A stretch of 64,000 nucleotides of DNA. Source: Podarcis erhardii (Eukaryota). The stretch's first letter is position 1. Every line of letters begins with the position of its first letter. The stretch is taken from NCBI GenBank assembly GCA_964252035.1, contig OZ176210.1; one strand, 5' to 3'. The position numbers were made by a program, and so were the translations under genes. This document shows, piece after piece, positions 26,070 to 37,779 of this stretch. The notes under the pieces were generated by a model. The model saw only the letters and a program-made list of their open reading frames with translations, made no database searches and was not told the origin of the DNA.

Positions 26070-26953
26070 TACTTGTATGTTCAGACTGAAAATGATATCG
26101 ATGTTGAAAGATCTTGACATTACTGCTGCTATACGCTGCTAACAAAGTGAAAAGGGATTTTGTAAACTTCTAACATATATGTTAGTCTGTTCCTGTTAAT
26201 TAATGTTCCTGTGAATTAATTAATTAATTAATTAATTGTTCTTGTGAATTAATTAACTTGTAGAATGATGCAGTATAAGAAGCAGTGTAATAGCTCATTC
26301 ACAAGTAAAACCTTTGTGAAATGTATCCTTGTTCTCAGGATCTGTCACTAAACAGCAAAACAGGTTATCTGAAAATACTTATTCAAAATTTGCTAGACAC
26401 GTGAAACATTGTGCCGTTTCAGTCCTCCATCTTGATTCAAAATGGCATCCAAATGGTGACAAAGTTTGCTGCCCTCAGGAACCCTGTGCTGTGTTTGGTG
26501 ATGTTATGTTGAGATGCGCCTGAACCTATACCAAAAAGGTTCAACCAAATTCATGTTTTGGCCACCATCTTGATTCAGAATGGCATCTGGCATCCAAACA
26601 TTGACAAAGAGTGCCACCCTCACCTCGGAAACTCTTGTGCCAAGGTGTCCGAATGTATAGCGAACAAATGGACAGACATACAAATCATTTTCCAAAATAT
26701 ATAGTAGCTTTTGGATATACCATACCTTTACTTTAGGAGGCAGTAAATTAATTTATGTCCATACCTGCCCAACCTTAGTCCCTGTAAAAGTTCTCTGTCT
26801 AATCCTGTGTAGGATTATGCCCTTGGCTAAGCAATAAAGATTTTGTTTTATTTCTGTACACAAACATATGCTTAAGTCCAAGCTTTGTAATGAAATATGA
26901 AGCATTTCCATATATGACAAATCTGCTGTTTTCTAAAAAATCATTTTTTACAG

Positions 26954-27123
26954 CTGTATATGATCGAATGCGAGCAGACCAGAAAAAGTTTGGTAAGGCA
27001 GCTTGGGCAGCAGCAGTGGAACGAATGGAAAAGCTTCAGTATGCAGTGTCTAAGGAGACTTTGCAGCTTATGAGAGCAAAAGAAATCTGTTTGGAACAGA
27101 AGAAACATGCTTTAAAAGAAGAG
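26954..27123 (+). CDS. JMY: JMY coding exon 4
   Basis: tttttacag|CT acceptor; (A)VYDRMRADQKKFGKAAWAAAVERMEKLQYAVSKETLQLMRAKEICLEQKKHALKEE; GAG|gtaatt donor; 170 nt, phase consistent with exon 3. Confidence 0.96.
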
Positions 27124-30100
27124 GTAATTTTTTTAGAGAAATTAAATTTTTAAAAGACAAAAATAAATTGGTTTGTTACCTCAAACTGCTTTGAAAACAA
27201 TATTAAATCCGCTACTACATTGACTTATTGGAGAGACTGGATTTTTTTTTTTTAACATAAATGTATTTATCTTTCAAGAATGCAGGAGCTAATTGTGATT
27301 TACTTTCTATGAAAATTTGAATGGCAAGATAGTATGAATATTTCCCCCCACTTGCATAGAAAAAAATCACTTCAAAATATGGAGTGCCCCATTTGTGATT
27401 AGAATATTGTGACACTCACCACATTTTCTTTCTTCCTTTTCTTCCCACTGTCTCCATGTTGTCAAAATGCAGCTTATAAGCTCTTGAGTCAGGAGCAATC
27501 TTTTTGATTATAAAACTCTGTGAAGTGGCCATACACATTGATGGCATCATTTAAAACTGTAGTCTCCATTTGCAGCCAGTATAGAAAAATATTGAGCATT
27601 TTCTGTTTTTCCCCAGAGCTCCATTTTAAAAGGAATAACATGAACTGATTTGTACAACTGACTCACTGCAAAATCTGACTTATGTCTCTCTCACTTAATT
27701 GATTCTGATTCTCTTGAACATTTTGAGGGACATTTATCAAAGAAAGTGCTTATTCATGTTGAAATTTATTACCAGACATGCATTACTGCAAAAACTAGCC
27801 CTGAAAGTAAATACTACTTCAGTAATTCATTGGAAGTTTGAAGCACACAAGTTGTTTCAACATGCTTGTCGTGAATTAGTGCATTAGTTATTTTAAATAA
27901 ATGTGCATGCTATTATATGCATAGATTCTATGGGTGACAAGCTAGAGGCCTTCAGTATAACCATGGATTAAGGCTGCTGTTAATAAAACAAGTCAGATGA
28001 TAGAAAAGTAAAAACTGCTGTTTCAGCTCTATTCCCAGTTCTTTTCCCTGCCTCTGCTTTCCTTTTTACTTTTCCATTCCTTGTTTCCTTTCCACCAATG
28101 GTTTTAACTGAGGACAGATTGATGAGGCAGCAAATCTAAGTGGGGAAAAGAGAAGATTTTCCTGATGTCTTGTTTGATCAGCAAAGTCAACAAACACCAC
28201 CTTAGCTTCAGGATTTGATTGTGGTACCCTCCGTCAATTACCAAAGAGGCAGCGCTCTTCAGGTAGCAGAAACCTAATCTTCCTGTCCATGATTATTGCC
28301 ATAGAATTTGCAAAAATACCCCTTTCTGGATCAAGGCTGATTCATTAGACCATGGGTGCCAACTCCCTGGGTGCCCGGGCACCCACAAAATTCCCCATGA
28401 AGGGACCAGGCACCCACAAATTTTGGTGCACCTATGGTCACGGGGCCAAATTAGCACTTCTGCATTAGGCTGTCCTTCCTTCCTAAGGCCAAAGGACAGA
28501 TTTATTTGCCTTTCATTTTCACCCTCTCAGGAGGCTAGATTGTTAAGCCACCATGGGCAGCACACACTTTTTCTGCAGATTAAGGATGGTCTTTCCCACC
28601 TGTCTAAACAAGTAGTTAAACCACATTGTAAAAGAAAGGTGGTAACCCAAATGTCAACAGTTTCCATTTTCCCGTGCCTCTTGGCTATGGCTTACTGTCC
28701 AGGAAGGACTTTGATCGGGGTTGTCACCAGTTCTTTTTTGGACCGGTGGGTACATTTTGAATTTTAAGAGAGTGCTGGGGGCATCAGTCACAAAATTGTT
28801 GCCCGGGGGAGTGGTATAACACAACAAGGTTGTCATGGGGGGCATGCTGTAACAGAAAATTAAGAGAGAGTACTGTCATGGTGAAGCTTTGCCCCTAACT
28901 GTATTTCTATCCTAGAAAATGCTTAACCTATTGAATTTATGCCCACCATACAGCTGCCAAAGGTACAAGAACCCTGTTCCTGCCCCGCAGTGCCAAACCT
29001 AAACCAAAGCCTAGGCTGCCATCCTATACCCACTTAACTGCAAAGAGACTTTTATCTAATTAGACTGTACTGTGGATCCTTAAAGAGTGCCTGGCCTTTA
29101 GCTCTTACACAGCAGGAGACATGCTTATGCTACTTTGCAAAGTTTTAACATCTGCCTTCTGGGAGAGGGGGATTCTTTAACATACACCCATCCTTATTGT
29201 GTAATAGTATTTGCTGAAAATAAATTCTAGGGACTTTCAATTCAAAGCCCAACCCTTCAGTGTTGCTTCACTGCCCAGAGTCTTCACAAAGATAATGATG
29301 GTAAAGGTGTTGCATCAAGTCTGCAAGGTATTCACATTTATTCCTATCTAGACAACCTGTTGGTCAGGTCCCCTTTGTTGCTTCAAGCGAGGGAGGAACT
29401 TGTTACAACACAGTTTGGGGATGGAATTGGATAGTAAACCTCGAGCAACAGCATTGCTATGTGTGTGTGTCAAAGTGATCAGGCCTGAAAAACAGATAGC
29501 TCAGGATATTTCTTTGCACAGGGAATGCAAAGATAGTATCCTGTGGTCTTCCTTTGCAAGGGAATACAAGGACAAACAACCAGACCAGAAATGAAGGCCC
29601 AAAGCTTTATTATTTAAAAATACTTACCCAGTGAGGTGTTCTCTCCCTTGTGAAGATTGACTCTGGAAGAAAAGGTAAATAGAAGCTGGAGTGAAGATAC
29701 TACCCTTCCCAGCACACTAACCCTAAATTCACTCACAGAGGATGGAGTACACCCACACCCCAAGGACCCGAGCTAGAGATCCTGTAAGAAAAAAATAGGA
29801 AAAACATGAGACCTGCGGATACCTGCTGCCTCTTTGGATTTCTGCAGTTTTAAATCTTCTCTGAATTATAATCCTTTATTCAAATTGTAATTCATTGGCT
29901 TCTTCCAACTGGCCTTCTCAGTTCTACCTGATCTTCTCCACCATTGGTTTCTCTGCTCCATATTTCCTTCTCTGAGTTGATATTAAGAGAGAACTGTTTT
30001 TATAGTCATGTGTTGTGGCATACAAAAGTTCTTTCCCATAGAATCTATAATTTCAATTGGCTTGTGAAAACATCATTCTTCTCTGCCAAGATCCAGGTTT

Positions 30101-30480
30101 GAATTGTTTAAATATTGTTCTCTTCGCTTGCATAGGAACATCTTCCATTTGTTTATAGCAAAGTCCACATTGCCAGCTCGCTCATCTGCTAGGCTACATC
30201 TGTTTCTTTGCTTCTTAGCCCTCTTTAAGGGAAATCATTCTCATAAAAACACATATGTAACTCCTGGTTTCCATGAAGTCACTAAGGTTTGTATTATTTC
30301 TTATCAAAGTTGTTACATTCTGTTCTGCAAAGTTCACAAACAAATTTTCAGTCCAACTGGGTTGAAAATGCAACTTTAACTTTCAAAATGATATAATAAG
30401 AATAAAGAGATAAGATGCATGTTCTTAAAAGCAATATAAGTAATGCTTGAACATAAATTTATCTAACTAAGTCAGTTCTT

Positions 30481-30520
30481 GGTATGAGCTTTCGTGTGCA
30501 TGCACACTTCTTCAGATACC
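30481..30520 (-). ncRNA. Minimal type-I hammerhead motif, inverted copy
   Basis: Exact reverse complement of 30522-30561. Confidence 0.75.
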
Positions 30521-30521
30521 A

Positions 30522-30561
30522 GGTATCTGAAGAAGTGTGCATGCACACGAAAGCTCATACC
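30522..30561 (+). ncRNA. Minimal type-I hammerhead ribozyme motif, copy 1 (intact core)
   Basis: GGUAU-CUGAAGA-A-GUGUG(CAUG)CACAC-GAAA-GCUC-AUACC: 5-bp stem I, stem II, conserved core, palindromic AGCU stem III, CUC triplet ending at 30556. Confidence 0.8.
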
Positions 30562-30599
30562 AAGAACTGACTTAGTTGGTCTTTAAGGTGCTACTGGAA

Positions 30600-30639
30600 G
30601 GTATCTGAAGAAGTGTGCATGCACAGGAAAGCTCATACC
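30600..30639 (+). ncRNA. Minimal type-I hammerhead motif, copy 2 (C11.1->G at 30626)
   Basis: Identical to copy 1 except that the stem II closing pair becomes G-G. Confidence 0.7.
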
Positions 30640-32812
30640 AAGAACTGACTTAGTTGGTCTTTAAGGTGCTACTGGAAGGAATTTGTTTTGTTTTGACTAT
30701 GGCAGACCAACACGGCTACCTATCTGTAACATAAATTTATCTAACAAACATGTACTTACAAGGTTGCCAGATACACAAGTTGGGCTCTAGTGCTTCTGCT
30801 TACTGCAGTTGCCAACTGACTAATACAATGTTTAAAGATACAAGATGCATTTTAATTATGACAGTCTAGCCAACAAAATGTGCTTGGTCTCCTGATTTCC
30901 AGCATCAAAGTTGTGCTGTGGGCCAAGTTCCACTCTCGTCACATCCACTGGCTGCCCTGATTGTTTTAGATTCAATATTGCCCCTAGGGGCTCTGGAAAA
31001 GACCATCTAGTTTCCCCTCCAGTCATTTGGCAGCCTCTTTTGCCTTCACTCCATGTTAGCCTATGGACAATACATCAGATCAGCTGAGGAAGGTGTAGGG
31101 GAGAATGAACTAGGCCTCCACAGGGAGTCCAAGCTCCTGTCCCACAAGACTGAGCACATTATGGGAACTCAGAACAAACAGGAGGATTTTTTGAGGTCCT
31201 GTCCAATAGTTTTTGGTGGGTAGGATGTTTTGTTTTGTTTTTGCATTTTTCATTTGGATTCAGTATTTTCGCCAACTGAGCCTCCCTTCCTTCCTAAAGT
31301 GAACTCCTCATTTCACTGTTTGCAGGGAAAATTGCTCTCTTCCTTTTGCCTAAACTCTCTCATTAGAGTGGCCAGGGCATTAACCAGATGTTTGAAGGGC
31401 TCTCACAATATATCTCTAAATAACTTAGCTAATTCAGTAATCTGACTTTCTGTTCATCTTTCATTCCATATCTTTGGGTAAAAAGATGTCCTTCTCTACA
31501 TGGTCTAGATGAATCTAGGTGGTTCAGTGCCTGAATCACTACAGCATATGAGGCTTAGTATCTCCCTTCACCCCTTAATGTTACTGCTCTTTTTACTAGG
31601 GCTGCAGCTACCTCTGCTGCCTGTTCAGATAATGCCTCTTCATTGGAAATGTGCAAGGTCTATATGGGCTACTCCAACCACTTTTACCAAGCATAAAACT
31701 GACAGTGGTTTAGCTGAGGCAATGTTTGGGGGAAAGGTACTTTAAAAGGTTATTCCTGCTTCCTGGTTTTCATGGGTAGATAAGTGTTTCCCGTCCTCAA
31801 GGGCTGAGCTTTGGCACGTCCCATGGTGGCACTGGAGAACTCCTAGACATTATCCAGAGAATGGATCATTGGATATTTGCTATGAATGCTCCTTCTAAAA
31901 TAACTTTGGGAAGACTCCAGGCCCACCTTGGATCTGCCTCTGTTGGCAGCCTTTACCTGCCTCTTTATTTCTGGTCCTGGATATTTTCTCTGGTTCTTGA
32001 ACATCAGGTTTGTGTCATGCCCTATTTAGGGAACTGATGCTTCTCTGACATCTCTTCCTTCTCTGTGTTACACTTTGCAATCTTGCCATAGTGTCCTATA
32101 TGCTGTCATTTTAAAAAAAATGTTTTCAGTGTGCTTTTCTTTTGCTAGATAATTCTGCTTTAACTATTTGTGCTTAAAATTTGGGTCCCTTCTTTGAAAA
32201 TGGCATACTGAAATAACGTTGACTATTGTTGTAGTTCTATCACTCATAAAAGTTGTTAATAACATAATTAGGGATATTTTTGTCCCTTGATTGCATTATT
32301 TAGCAGTCCCTGCTGGATTTTGGGTCCTAATTTGACAATGCGGATGAAGACTTGATGCAAGGAAAGAAAACAAGACTGAGTTTCTATTTTACTTGATACC
32401 AAATACATTTAAACTATTTTTTTAAACCCATGAACACAGTTAGTTTCTTCCTTTAAGCACTTGTATATAAATACATGAGAATATGGGTAGTTATAGTGTG
32501 AAAGGAACAGTGAAGAGTTTTCTTGGAGGCATACCAGATCCTGTTTTGCAGTTCAGCTGCCAGGCCTTGTCTTTGTGATGACAGCTAGAAATGCCAAATC
32601 ATCAAGTAGTCTTTGTAGTTCTCTAAATGTGTAAAACAGCATAGGTACCTAGAATAGAATATTAGGACATTGCATTAAGGGCTAAACTGCATGTTCACAG
32701 GCAAACATTTTCCACTTACTGTAAAAATAGGGCTTTTTTTGGTAACCCAAAAAATTCTTCAATAGATTTCTCCAAAGCTTACCTTTTCAGAGAGCTTCAC
32801 AGCAGGTTTGGC

Positions 32813-32853
32813 TCCTCCTCCTCCTCCTCCTCCTCCTCCTCCTCCTCCTCCTC
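32813..32853 (+). repeat. (TCC)n microsatellite
   Basis: Direct reading. Confidence 0.95.
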
Positions 32854-33780
32854 TTCTTCTTCTTTAAAAACATAGCTTCCTTGTTTGCTCTAGTCAGGTT
32901 TGGTTGTGCGACAATATTAGCAAGGGGAAATGAAAATAATTATGGGGCAGTGTCACTGGTTTACTTGGGAGATTTTCTTTTTGCCATAATTGGTACCAGA
33001 GCAGCAGCCTTTGGGGGCTGTGAAGAGCCCGTTCTGTGATGTCATTGCTGCCTGAAATTCAAGTGCCAAGGGAACATCATGTGCATCGGGGCACCTGAAT
33101 GTGTGCCAGGGAGACTTCCCTCTATACAAATACTGTTGTTCCCATTTCTGCAGTCTGAAAAATTGCCAAAAATGAGGGTGTATTTCATGGGGCAGAAGAG
33201 AAAAAGTGTCCTGTTTTTCTTCAGCCCTTGTTTTATTCCAATAAGCTTTTCGGTGTGAAAATTAATTTCTGTGTGGCTGTCTTTAGTTTTATAAAACAAT
33301 AGTTACACTTAGCATTTTTACAGCTCACACCAAGGGTTCAGTGTGATTATGTACATTTCGGTCATTCCAAAAGGCTTGCAATATAGGCCAATATTATTAT
33401 CCTCATATTGGAGATATAAGTCCCTTTGAATAAAGTGGGGAGAGTTAGATGATGCATATGAAGCTACGGTTTATGTAGCATTAGTATACTTTTTCATTTA
33501 AAATGCCTTTAAATAGTTTTGTTTTTATTTTATTGATGGATTGATTTGAATTTATATTCCGCCCTATAACCAGAGGTCTCAGGGCGGTTCACAGAATAAA
33601 ATCAAATTATAAAACCACAAAGACGTAATTAAAATAAAAACAAACAAACCAATAACCTCCCTACACATAAAGCTCAATAACTTCACAATACTTCTTGATA
33701 GGAGGCTTTGTAAACGTTTTGTGACAGAGTTAAGATTTAATAGGTCATCTTGTTGTAACTATTATATACTTCCTGTTCAG

Positions 33781-33946
33781 ATGCAGAGTTTACAAGGTGG
33801 CACAGAAGCCATAGCCCATTTGGATCAACTTGAATCTGATTATTATGACCTGCAACTTCAGTTGTATGAAGTACAGTTTGAAATTTTGAAGTGTGAAGAA
33901 CTGCTGCTGACAGCACAACTTGAAAGCATCAAAAGACTTATTTCAG
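33781..33946 (+). CDS. JMY: JMY coding exon 5
   Basis: cctgttcag|ATG acceptor; MQSLQGGTEAIAHLDQLESDYYDLQLQLYEVQFEILKCEELLLTAQLESIKRLIS; CAG|gtgaca donor; 166 nt. Confidence 0.96.
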
Positions 33947-34620
33947 GTGACATACATTCATTTTACATGTATATTATTTATAACAATATGCCATAGGCAG
34001 CTGTAGTACAAGTTGGTTATTGAAATTATCCTGTGGCTGCAAATTTCCCACTCCAGTTCTTATGCATATTTACTCAGAAGTGAATCTAACTGTATTCAGT
34101 AGGGCTCACTTCCAGGCAAGTGTGCACAGAACTGTGGCCTTAACTGTTTGGCTTTTGATTTCTTTCTCCTTCTGAGGTATCAAAGATTGTCCCAGCTAGA
34201 GTCAAAATGTTGGATAAATTGAATTTATTATTGAGGGTGATGAGAGATGTAACTTCTGTGTTGAGTGGAGTTTGCCACACTTGGAGTCTGTTTGAGCACC
34301 ACAATCCTTATATCTGTTTGGGAGAAAATACCCCTGTAGCCTTGGTCCCAGTCACCTGTAATTCAATTTCCATTAGTTGCTCCTGTTTCCTGCTCTGGTC
34401 ACACTATAGTTGTGATTTTGTGTGGTATTAGATCAGTGTTGGTGTGTGACTATAACCCTCAAGCCCTTCTGGCTCTGTGACCCATTCCAATATCATTAAA
34501 CAACTTATTTCTACATAATTCTGTTTATCACAACTGAAGGTTGATCTAGATTCTATTGCATTGTGTAGTTTGTGTGTGTGCATGTTTAAAATTATTAAAA
34601 TTGTTAGTATTTTCTAACAG

Positions 34621-34808
34621 AGAAAAGAGATGAAGTAGTGTATTATGATACCTATGAAAGTATGGAAGCTATGCTCGAAAAAGAAGATATGGCAGCATCT
34701 ATACACTTGCAAAGAGAAGAGCTACAGAAATTGCAACAGAAAGTCCGCCAGCTAGAAGCAAGGCGTGGGCGCATTTCAGCCAAGAAAGCCTACCTCAGAA
34801 ATAAAAAG
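34621..34808 (+). CDS. JMY: JMY coding exon 6
   Basis: ttctaacag|AG acceptor; (E)KRDEVVYYDTYESMEAMLEKEDMAASIHLQREELQKLQQKVRQLEARRGRISAKKAYLRNKK; AAG|gtaaaa donor; 188 nt. Confidence 0.96.
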
Positions 34809-34962
34809 GTAAAACACTAATTCATTCACTACTCAGCAAAGAGTTCCTTGCCTGTTTGGCACAGGAACATAGGAGGCTGCCTTATATCAGATCAGACCAT
34901 TGGTCGTGTGCGCTTTCTTCTTAGTTGATCAGTTCATATGGGGTGAGGTAGAGGGTTAATGC

Positions 34963-35354
34963 AGGTAAAAAGGTAATAGGTAAAGCACCCCTGGATAGTT
35001 AAGTCCAGTCAAAGGCAACTATGGGGTGTGGCGCTCATCTCCATTCAGGCCGAGGGAGCCGGCGTTTGTTCACAGACAGCTTTCTGGGTCATTTGGCCAG
35101 CATGACTAAACTGCTTCTCATGCAACTGAACACCATGACGGAAGCCAGAGTGCACAGAAACGTTGTTTGCCTTCCCACTGCAGCTGTACCTATTTATCTG
35201 CTTGCAATGGTGTGCTGTCGAACTGCTAGGTTGGCAGAAGCTTGGAGACAGGGCAATGGGAGCTCACCACCATCAAATGGATTCGAACAGCCAACTTTCT
35301 AATCAGCAAATCCAAGAAGCTCAGTGGTTTAGACCACAGCACCACCTGTGTCCC
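34963..35354 (-). mobile_element. Sauria-type SINE
   Basis: Same core, B box and tail as the 11277 copy; more diverged. Confidence 0.85.
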
Positions 35355-37422
35355 TGCATTCTTGTCAGGGACGTTTAAACCTCTTAGCTCACCCCAGCAC
35401 TGTAATGACAGTAATTTTTGTTTTGTTTTGGTAATAATGAAAAGTACGTTGCACAAAGGGAAGAGTCTTGTCACTTCAGCCTACTGGTGATGTGTGTGTT
35501 ACATATTTTGGTGTTTTCCTTTGCTTTGTTGCATGTATAAAGTTAGCATAGAGTATCAAGAACAAACTAGGCTAAACTCCTTGTCCCTAATGTGGAGGAA
35601 CCTATTTCTTTTTACTTACAGCAAAGTGTTGTGTTAAACACATAGGGAAAAAAGGTAATAAAGATTTGGGGGCAGCAGAAGTTAAATGGATAAAACATGA
35701 AATTTAGAATAGGAGGCGGCTGGGAAAGAAAATACCTGGGAGTAGTAGAAGGGAAGGGAGGCCACTAGCAGCAGGGTGTCAAAAATGGTATTTCCAAATG
35801 TAGTATTACTGGGAAGCATATTGATTCACAACATGCTACTTTCAAACATTAGGGCTGAAATTGTGGGGCTGTGGGTGGGAGTGGGGAAAGCCCTTACCAT
35901 GGTAAAACCATTTCCTACAGCATCTCTAGAGTGGCCATCGCCTGCAGTTTAAAATAAATGTTTTATTTTAAAATACGTTGAGATGTACACAAAATAATGC
36001 TAGTTGTAAGTACTTGCTTTCTTGCCGTAAGCTGCATTATAGAAGCGATATTATTGTTCCCTGAATTGACTATGAGTTTTAGCTAATATATTGCCGTTTT
36101 GATCAGCTGTAAGCAAAGTCATGGACATAATTTAACAGCCTTTTCTTCCAAAGAAACTAATCATTAGATTTTAAAGTTAAGGGAGTAAATTCTAGATTTT
36201 CACACATGGATTGCCTTTTTAATTTTTCACCCACTTTCCTCTGTAAGCTGTGTGCTGTGGAGAGAGGAGGGATATTTTGTTCAGTTTTTTTTTTTAGGGG
36301 GTGCACCATCAAAGTGGTGATTTGGTGTTACTATACACAGTGGGCATGTATCCTGTTCCTACATGCAGAGATCTCAGGTTCATGTTCATAGTGTGGAGAC
36401 TAGAAATTCCTTCATAGGTGGTGTCTGTTTTGCTATGGTTAGAGATTGTGTGTGTGTGTATTTGTGTATTTATTTGGATAATGTAATTCTTTTCATAGTA
36501 CCTTTATAACAACTACTTATACGTAATGTTACCTTCCTGACAATGTCTTGATAGCAGGTTGATATGGGATCACTGTGGAAACAGTTTCCTATTATCCCGG
36601 TGCTACCACCTGCTGGCTAAGCACTGGTAGTCTTGGTTTATTGTATCAAGCAACTGTTGGTGTTAGGAAAGCCAGTTTTGAAATAAATTGGTAATAGGAG
36701 ATAAATGCTGAAATTGTACACACTGTTTGGCAGAATATTTTAGTACTGACTGAGGTTTTCCTGTAGTAAACTAAATCAGCACAGCAGCCAGTGGATATAT
36801 GTGTTCTGAAATAAATGCTGTATTTGTCTTTGAATTCACAATAATGGATGTTGCAAACTTCTTAAACTATTAAGCAAACAGGCACATACACACACACTGG
36901 ATTGTTTCTATAAACTCACTGACACCTTTAAGGCTGTCAAGCTGGGGCTACAGATTCCACAAACACAGACCCACTTTACAAAAAGATACAGAAAACTGCA
37001 CAAGTTTCCAAAGCCACACAATTGCCCATTTGCTCCTAGTTGTGACTTTGCTGTGTTGAAATCTCCTTTGCAACAAACTCACTGAAATGCATAAACTTGG
37101 ATAAGGTTTCACACTCTTTTCCAGGGCATGATTAATTGTTATTATGTATTCCATTTACAAAATCCTTTACGAAGCATATCTAGTTCCTTTCCTATCCTGA
37201 CAGTGGCTTTCATTTAGTCTAGATGTTTACTTTTGTGTCCATCTACACCTTACCAGTGACTGCTTTTCTGGGTTTTTAAAAAACAAACATACAGAAAATA
37301 CTTAAAGCATATTTTTAAAACAAACCTCACATTTGTTGCTGTGTTTAGACTGAAATTATTTTGTGCTACTCATTTTATACTTTCTTAGCTTGATTACTGT
37401 TGATCATTTCAAGTGAACCAGA

Positions 37423-37666
37423 CAGAGGGCCTTCTCAGTAGTGGCGCCTGCCCTGCGGAATGCCCTCCCTTCAGATGTGAAGGAAATAAGTACCATAGCT
37501 ATCATATCTTTAAAAGACATCTGAAGGCAGCCCTGTTTAGGGAAGTTTTTAATATTTAATGCTGTATTGTTTTAACACTCGATTGGAAGCTGCCAAGAGT
37601 GGCTGGGGAAACTCAGCCAGATGGGTGGGGTATAAATAATAAGTTGTTGTTGTTGTTGTTGTTATT
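37423..37666 (+). mobile_element. L2 3'-end fragment with (GTT)n tail in JMY intron 6
   Basis: Matches the reverse complement of the L2 3' end at 62880-63090 (agggccttctc...gacatctgaaggcagccctgtt...ccagatgggtggggtataaataa). Confidence 0.8.
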
Positions 37667-37698
37667 TATATCTTATACAGTGTCTTGTGTATTGACAG

Positions 37699-37779
37699 GA
37701 GATCTGCATTGCAAAACATCATGAAAAATTCTTGCAGCACTTTCAGAGTGAAGAAGAGTCACAGCATACAGCACAGTTT
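37699..37779 (+). CDS. JMY: JMY coding exon 7
   Basis: attgacag|GAG acceptor; EICIAKHHEKFLQHFQSEEESQHTAQF; TTT|gtgagt donor; 81 nt, phase 0/0. Confidence 0.92.

Larger units (their letters stand above)
30468..30727 (+). mobile_element. Penelope-like element terminal-repeat insertion (inverted plus tandem repeats)
   Basis: 56-bp perfect inverted repeat, then a 78-bp tandem repeat (1 mismatch) and a unique tail; 18-bp direct flanks AACATAAATTTATCTAAC at 30450-30467 and 30728-30745; each unit carries a hammerhead motif. Confidence 0.75.
29229..31745 (+). mobile_element. Decayed DIRS-type (tyrosine-recombinase) retrotransposon
   Basis: RT-like peptides FQFKAQPFSVASLPRVFTKIM (29229-) and QGIHIYSYLDNLLV (29324-); recombinase-like peptides FLPKVNSSFH...LSSFC, GKKMSFSTWSR, WATPTTFTKH...AMFGGKVL (31245-31745); frameshifted. 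Confidence 0.7.

Noticed and set aside
26400-26710. Internally duplicated repeat (ccatcttgattca.aatggcatc) that might be Helitron-like
   Set aside because: The duplication is visible, but termini and family could not be established from sequence alone.
30522-30677. 78-bp direct repeats as a possible CRISPR array
   Set aside because: Eukaryotic intron, two adjacent units without spacers, no cas genes; explained as Penelope-like terminal repeats.
2487-35354. All four Sauria SINEs are on the - strand
   Set aside because: n=4 is too small, and antisense bias of intronic retroelements is well known.
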